From the sequence record NC_035464.1: a stretch of 9,780 bases of DNA. One strand, written 5' to 3'. Below the pieces are notes generated by a model, which saw nothing but the letters and a program-made list of their open reading frames with translations, made no database searches and was not told the origin of the DNA. Positions 5,735 to 9,780 of the stretch are shown here, piece after piece. Positions within the stretch are counted from its first letter, which is position 1; the number at the start of each line of letters is the position of its first letter. A program made the translations under genes and the position numbers.

Positions 5735-6750
5735 TTAGAGGTCAGATACACAAACTCTCCAAGTGGGAGTTAAGGGACTACGCTAGGACACTAGTCCCCG
5801 TCTTTGAATCCCACGAGGTGGACGGCACTAGGGACATGAAAATCGTGGACGCCGTGATATCGTACGCCATGAAAGGGACGAAACCCTGGCTGAGGAGGGG
5901 GTCAGCCCTCCAGGGCTTTATAGGGCCTAGGATGTCTGTCCTCGAGGGTTACCTCATCTTCCCCACGTCAGGTATTGAGCCCGTGACCATCCAGTCCACT
6001 ACCCTAGAGAACTCCTACCTAGTCCTAGATATCGTGGGGGCAGGTGGAGGAGGTGGTGGTGGAGGTGGTGGGAACACCACGGCCACTACCCCGTTCGCCC
6101 AGGGTGGTGGAGGTGGGGGAGACGGTGGCCGTCTCATTATCAGGACCCAGGGGCCACTAGTCTCTGGGACCCAGTTCACAGCCCAACTGGGAGGGCCAGG
6201 TGGGACAGGTGGAGGGACAGGTGCCACAGGGACACCAGGTTCAGCACCAAACGGGGCGACTCAGGTAGTCCTAGGGAACGGCACACTCACGCTCAGTGTG
6301 TCAGGTGCGTCAGCCCCTACCATGCCCCCGACAGCAGGAGGACAGGAGGCAGGAGGGTCAGGAGGTGCAGGAGGGTCAGCAGTGTTCACGTACTTGCCAA
6401 CGACGCCCATATTCTCGGCCATACAGTTGAACCCAAGGACGTCCTTCCTCTCGAATTACTCGGGCGTACTGGACCAGGGTATTGGTGGAGACGGCGTTGG
6501 GTCTGAGTACTTCACCCTGTCCAACGCCACGCCTATATTCGTCTCGACGCCACAAGGAACGAGGGTCACTGGGGGAAGCCCAGGGGGCACAGGCACCTCA
6601 GCCACGGCGAACGTCCCCTCTGGGGCAATCCCGCTCAGGGGGTCAGGTGCAGGAGGAGGAGGGGGACAGAACTCCTCTTCCGCCCCAACAGCGGGAGGGA
6701 ACGGCGGGTCTGGAGGGCCTGGACCTATCATTATCTTGGTGATAGGATGA
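5731..6750 (+). CDS. Glycine-rich spike/turret (receptor-binding) protein, 339 aa
   Basis: TTGA-coupled TTG start after GGGTGA (5718-5723). The pattern hDhVGAGGGGG...GGGGGxGG...GGxGGxGG...GSGAGGGGG...GGNGGSG resembles the glycine-rich domains of phage tail and spike proteins. Confidence 0.9.
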   Translation: MIRGQIHKLSKWELRDYARTLVPVFESHEVDGTRDMKIVDAVISYAMKGTKPWLRRGSALQGFIGPRMSVLEGYLIFPTSGIEPVTIQSTTLENSYLVLDIVGAGGGGGGGGGGNTTATTPFAQGGGGGGDGGRLIIRTQGPLVSGTQFTAQLGGPGGTGGGTGATGTPGSAPNGATQVVLGNGTLTLSVSGASAPTMPPTAGGQEAGGSGGAGGSAVFTYLPTTPIFSAIQLNPRTSFLSNYSGVLDQGIGGDGVGSEYFTLSNATPIFVSTPQGTRVTGGSPGGTGTSATANVPSGAIPLRGSGAGGGGGQNSSSAPTAGGNGGSGGPGPIIILVIG

Positions 6751-6965
6751 CAGACTTGGTCACCGTGGCAGTGTTAGGGGTACAGACGGCCGTTTTCATC
6801 TACGCTAGTGCCAAACTGAGGAAGATGAGCGAGATGGCCGACAAGTTGGCGTCAGCCCTGTCCAACATAGCAAAGGAGATAGAGACGGCGTCCATGGACA
6901 TGAAAAGCATACAAAGGGAGATGACAGAACTGGAAGACTTAATTCGGACAGCACTGAGGGAATAG
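6747..6965 (+). CDS. 72-aa protein with an N-terminal TM helix and a coiled coil
   Basis: ATGA-coupled, RBS GGTGA (6738-6742); hydrophobic LVTVAVLGVQTAVFIYA followed by heptads. Confidence 0.88.
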   Translation: MTDLVTVAVLGVQTAVFIYASAKLRKMSEMADKLASALSNIAKEIETASMDMKSIQREMTELEDLIRTALRE

Positions 6966-6967
6966 GT

Positions 6968-7378
6968 ATGAGCTGTCAGACATGTGGTCAGCAGGGCGTG
7001 TGTTACGTCCTGGAACACGTGGGTACTGAGCCCATCTATATAAACGGGCAACAGTACGGCCAGGGCGACTTTTGTTTCTCCTCCCCTGAGCTCACGATAG
7101 AATACCAGGGCGTACAGTACCAGATCGACATGTCCTACGCCCCCACAGTGCAGAACATATACGGGTGTTGTCCCTCAGGTACCACAGCCAAACTCACGAC
7201 GGTGACTACGATACAGGGACAGAACACTCCCATATTCGTCCCGTATGCCGTCCTAGTGTCTCAAGGTACCACGTCCACTAGTAGTACCACGCCTAGTGTC
7301 CTAAGTAAGGTACCGTGGTGGCTCATCATACTACTCGTCATACTGGGGGCTATACTCCTAGGAGGAGGAAACCCATGA
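6968..7378 (+). CDS. Cys-rich tail-anchored virion protein, 136 aa
   Basis: ATG 2 nt after the upstream stop; six Cys; Thr/Ser stalk; C-terminal TM WWLIILLVILGAILL. Confidence 0.9.
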   Translation: MSCQTCGQQGVCYVLEHVGTEPIYINGQQYGQGDFCFSSPELTIEYQGVQYQIDMSYAPTVQNIYGCCPSGTTAKLTTVTTIQGQNTPIFVPYAVLVSQGTTSTSSTTPSVLSKVPWWLIILLVILGAILLGGGNP

Positions 7379-8481
7379 ATTACACTTGGTACGTGCAGAA
7401 CCAAGACCCCTCGACGATCCAGTTCTGTGTCATGCAGTCTGGAGGGTATAACAACTGCACCTCAATACCAGGGAACAGCACAGAGCCGTTCACGATACCA
7501 GACATGGACGTGCAGATATATGGCACCCCCACGGGGTACTACGTGTACTACTCTAGCGTTGGGGTGAAGACTAGTACCAAGTCCCTCCCGTCATCAGGAT
7601 CAACGATCACGGTGCCCCCATACACGGGATGTGACCCCCTACTCACGCAAGGACAGGGGTACCCCCCACTCGTGCCGTGTTCGTCCCCGTTGATCTTCCT
7701 GAAGAGCGAGAGCACCCCTGCCATGTTTATCGAGAACTGGGGGGCAGAGACGTCAGGGTTTTCATACGGGTACGGGATAGCGGGGAGCCAATTGGCCATA
7801 GCGACAGGGCCAAACTGGGTATACTACCGACAGTACCCCCAGGCACAGGTATACCTTATCGGAAACTGGAAGGTGGTGAACGGAAACTACGTAGACATGG
7901 ACTCGGGGAAAACGTTCTGTGGGTGCCAGGGGAAGAGCGTGTACGTCATACCCACGTCTGACCTACCTGGGCCGTCCTCAGGGACTACGTCCACAGGGAC
8001 TAGTACCACGGGGACTTCCACGAGTACAACAGGGACTCCCACAGGGACGTCCACTCAGCAGACGACACAGCCCACGACAGGTATCCTGAACGTGGCTAAC
8101 CAGTGTTCGACGGGGGTAGTCGTGTACGCGGGAGGGAAAACGGCATACGCACCCCCATACCATTCCATCAGCCTAGAAGTACCCATCCCCACGGGGTATA
8201 CGCTTATTAGCCAGGGTCAGACAGTTGGTAAGGGGACGGTGTACCAGAGCGGGGAGTACGTGTCCCCAAGTTCTTGTCCCTCTGTTAGCCCTACACCCAG
8301 CCCTACCCCGACACCGTCCCCAACTGGGGGACAGACCACTTCCACGACTACGACTACCACGACTACCCAGACCACTTCAACACAGACTACCCAGAACACA
8401 CAGCCCCCAACGACGCCTAGCATGTCGTGGGGTCTTATCCTACTCTTGGTAATCCTGGGGGCACTAGCCCTCTCAAGTTAA
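7375..8481 (+). CDS. Multi-domain tail-anchored virion/adhesin-like protein, 368 aa
   Basis: Start moved from 7315 to the ATGA-coupled ATG 7375 after GGAGGAGG (7361-7368). Beta-rich domains separated by Thr/Ser/Pro stalks; eight Cys; C-terminal TM WGLILLLVILGALAL. Confidence 0.92.
   Translation: MNYTWYVQNQDPSTIQFCVMQSGGYNNCTSIPGNSTEPFTIPDMDVQIYGTPTGYYVYYSSVGVKTSTKSLPSSGSTITVPPYTGCDPLLTQGQGYPPLVPCSSPLIFLKSESTPAMFIENWGAETSGFSYGYGIAGSQLAIATGPNWVYYRQYPQAQVYLIGNWKVVNGNYVDMDSGKTFCGCQGKSVYVIPTSDLPGPSSGTTSTGTSTTGTSTSTTGTPTGTSTQQTTQPTTGILNVANQCSTGVVVYAGGKTAYAPPYHSISLEVPIPTGYTLISQGQTVGKGTVYQSGEYVSPSSCPSVSPTPSPTPTPSPTGGQTTSTTTTTTTTQTTSTQTTQNTQPPTTPSMSWGLILLLVILGALALSS
7981..8055 (+). repeat. Imperfect tandem GGGAC...CCAC repeats encoding GT(T/S)(S/T)T units
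   Basis: gggactacgtccaca / gggactagtaccacg / gggacttccacg / gggactcccaca / gggacgtccact. Confidence 0.75.
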
Positions 8482-8483
8482 GC

Positions 8484-8490
8484 TTTTTTA
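8484..8490 (+). terminator. T6 tract ending the second structural operon
   Basis: TTTTTTA 2 nt after the TAA at 8481. Confidence 0.65.
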
Positions 8491-8605
8491 GTCCAGGTCT
8501 CCCATTATACCTGAGCGGTGCGAGGTGGATGTGACGGGAGGCTCTGGGAATGTCCGAGAGACGGAGGCGTACCCGTCCTCCACTGCACCGCACTAGGTGA
8601 GTCAC

Positions 8606-8836
8606 ATGAGCCAAGTCCCAAAGAAGAGACTCGGGGCAAGGGTCATCAGAGCGGTTTTCAACGGGGTCTCCTTAGGCATCCTAGGAGGGGCAGGAGTGTA
8701 CGTCCTAGCCCAGGGGGTGAACACGTTATCAGGCACCACTACTTTGAACCCTACGGCGTTTCTCCTGTTGGTCTTGGGGGCGTCCATCACGGCCAGTGTG
8801 GGGATAGAACTCTCCAAGGACCTAAGCGGTGAGTAG
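8606..8836 (+). CDS. Small two-TM membrane protein, 76 aa
   Basis: ATG 8606 follows RBS AGGTGA (8595-8600); GTG 8597 is an alternative. Basic N-terminus and two hydrophobic helices (GVSLGILGGAGVYVLA; AFLLLVLGASITASVGI). Confidence 0.85.
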   Translation: MSQVPKKRLGARVIRAVFNGVSLGILGGAGVYVLAQGVNTLSGTTTLNPTAFLLLVLGASITASVGIELSKDLSGE

Positions 8837-8852
8837 TCTCAGTCAAGTCTCC

Positions 8853-8861
8853 TTTATTTTA
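8853..8861 (+). promoter_or_regulatory. TATA-like box for the apparently leaderless gene at 8885
   Basis: TTTATTTTA starts 32 nt before ATG 8885, the same spacing as the promoter at 9462/9430. It may also terminate the 8606 gene. Confidence 0.55.
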
Positions 8862-8884
8862 CCCCCTGAACCAATAGACCCAAA

Positions 8885-9124
8885 ATGGATGTCCAAACCC
8901 AACTCAAAGAATGGATTTCCCTGTTGGACGACAGGCTGTCGTCCATAGAAATGAGCCTCAAGTCCCTCCAAAAGAGACTTGAGCAGGCAGAAAAGCGACA
9001 AGAAGAACTTGAGGAGGCGTTCGACCAGCTGAAAGAAGAAATAGACGACTGTGTGGCTGACACGACCTACCTCCACGACGTACTGGAGGAGGTCCAAGAC
9101 GACATAGACGACCTAAGGAAGTGA
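8885..9124 (+). CDS. Acidic coiled-coil protein, 79 aa
   Basis: Continuous heptads (LSSIEMSLKSLQKRLEQAEKRQEELEEAFDQLKEEI); GTGA overlap with the next gene. Confidence 0.88.
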   Translation: MDVQTQLKEWISLLDDRLSSIEMSLKSLQKRLEQAEKRQEELEEAFDQLKEEIDDCVADTTYLHDVLEEVQDDIDDLRK

Positions 9125-9342
9125 GCCCCGTGGAGTTCGTATACAAGATCAACGACGACACGGTCACAGTGTGGGTCACTGACGAGAAGACGGGGAAGAA
9201 AGTGGCGTCCCTACAAATGCCGAAGAAGGACGTGGACTACGTCGCGAGACGTGCAATACAAGAACTCGACATAGCCCCAGATGAGGCATACGACTTAGCG
9301 GTCTACTTCACCTACGTTAAGGTCACCTGGGGCCTCCTCTGA
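9121..9342 (+). CDS. Hypothetical protein, 73 aa (beta-hairpin plus helices)
   Basis: GTGA-coupled start; typical codon usage; followed by a T6 tract. Confidence 0.85.
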   Translation: MSPVEFVYKINDDTVTVWVTDEKTGKKVASLQMPKKDVDYVARRAIQELDIAPDEAYDLAVYFTYVKVTWGLL

Positions 9343-9430
9343 ACCTCTTTTTTCTCTCGTACTTACCCCTGACCCTACGGTCAGGCTCTACTTCTCTCAC
9401 GAACCTGACTCCCCCATCCTCATCAAACAT
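9323..9430 (-). CDS. Small Arg/Lys-rich protein, 35 aa (MFDEDGGVRFVREVEPDRRVRGKYERKKRFRGGPR); not in the ORF track
   Basis: Translated by hand. The ATG lies 32 nt from the start of a perfect TATA box; codons (AGG/AGA, GAG, AAG, GTC) match the real genes; convergent 20-nt overlap with the 9121 gene. Confidence 0.65.
   Translation of the reverse strand: MFDEDGGVRFVREVEPDRRVRGKYERKKRFRGGPR
9348..9353 (+). terminator. T6 tract after the last + strand gene
   Basis: TTTTTT in a pyrimidine-rich context, 5 nt after the TGA at 9342. Confidence 0.6.
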
Positions 9431-9452
9431 ATGATTTATTTCACAGCAGGGC

Positions 9453-9462
9453 TTTATATAAA
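9453..9462 (-). promoter_or_regulatory. Palindromic TATA box TTTATATAAA abutting the right ITR
   Basis: On the - strand the sequence reads ttccgcaa-TTTATATAAA-gccctgctgtg-aaataaatcat-ATG: a canonical TATA, an AT-rich -10 region and near-leaderless spacing typical of Sulfolobales promoters. Confidence 0.75.
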
Positions 9463-9780
9463 TTGCGGAAGGTCGTGATGGGGGGGTTAAAATGCTTTTT
9501 GCCCTGTTGGAGAGAACCCTTCACTCTGAGGTTTACTTTCGGTTTGTGTCGTTAAGTGTACTTGCAGGGCGGGGCAGGGCGTATTATGGGCTGTAATTTG
9601 CTCATTCGCATTAGGACAAAAACCCCTGGGGTTAATAAGCTTTCATGCTAGGGGGGGTATTTAAACCCTCCCCGCGTTCAACTTGCGTGGTGATCCGTCA
9701 AACTGACGTGGCTTTTAAACCCCCTGCTCTGGGGGGGGTAGGCTAGGTCTCGCCCTCCCTTTCGGCATGGGGGGGGGGGG
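9463..9780 (-). repeat. Right inverted terminal repeat (318 bp)
   Basis: Reverse complement of 1-318 with two mismatches; ends in G12. Confidence 0.99.

Larger units (their letters stand above)
1..9780. mobile_element. Complete linear dsDNA archaeal virus genome, probably Metallosphaera turreted icosahedral virus (MTIV) or a close relative
   Basis: Seen: ITRs at both window ends, compact coupled operons, archaeal promoter/RBS signals, virion-type proteins (glycine-rich, Thr-rich membrane-anchored). Recalled, not verified: MTIV has a 9.8-9.9 kb linear genome with large ITRs and 21 ORFs. The confidence is for the viral-genome call; the MTIV name is about 0.7. Confidence 0.9.

Noticed and set aside
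4081-8145. GGKT/SGKT strings as Walker A motifs (near 4100, 7905, 8135)
   Set aside because: None has the GxxxxGK[ST] context or a Walker B motif; they occur in membrane or virion proteins.
3766-9063. Alternative-frame + strand ORFs (3766-3951, 5437-5718, 6482-6742, 7677-7961, 8225-8452, 8518-8832, 8854-9063)
   Set aside because: Nested in better ORFs, with atypical Arg/Pro/Ser-rich composition and no start-stop coupling.
642-9179. The many - strand ORFs in the track (e.g. 642-899, 953-1342, 1185-1583, 1973-2353, 2343-2609, 2619-2975, 3270-3569, 4074-4343, 6015-6227, 6456-6731, 8602-8817, 8843-9097)
   Set aside because: They lie antisense to well-supported coupled + strand genes and lack RBS/promoter context. 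Their composition (poly-Pro, Leu/Phe-rich) mirrors the sense codons.
9446-9452. GCAGGGC next to the TATA box matching the ITR GCCCTGC heptamers
   Set aside because: The same 7-mer occurs inside a coding region (6991-6997), so chance cannot be excluded.
1-9780. CRISPR array or mini-array, tRNA, rRNA, att site or integrase
   Set aside because: No regularly spaced repeats with unique spacers, no cloverleaf or rRNA-like segments and no recombinase motifs were seen.

Overview
The window looks like one complete linear viral genome. 318-bp inverted terminal repeats (1-318 / 9463-9780, two mismatches) with C12/G12 termini enclose about 21 tightly packed, mostly translationally coupled + strand genes. 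One small - strand gene lies next to the right ITR. GGTGA-type ribosome-binding sites, TATA boxes about 30 nt before apparently leaderless ATGs, and T-tract terminators point to a crenarchaeal (Sulfolobales-like) host. Size, linearity, ITRs and gene count match my recollection of Metallosphaera turreted icosahedral virus (MTIV; about 9.8-9.9 kb, 21 ORFs). That identification is from memory and needs BLASTN. Apparent modules: (i) 411-2336, a putative replication operon with an OB-fold-like protein and a 109-aa protein carrying AEP primase-like motifs; (ii) 2370-3674, a C2H2 zinc finger, a coiled-coil protein, an unlisted 40-aa ORF and a miniature Erv1/Alr-like sulfhydryl oxidase; (iii) 3713-8481, virion genes (basic protein, membrane protein, beta-rich capsid candidates, glycine-rich spike, Cys-rich tail-anchored proteins); (iv) 8606-9430, small membrane, coiled-coil and basic proteins. 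I see no protein-primed PolB, helicase, packaging ATPase, integrase, tRNA/rRNA or CRISPR array. All protein function calls come from reading motifs by eye, not from database searches.
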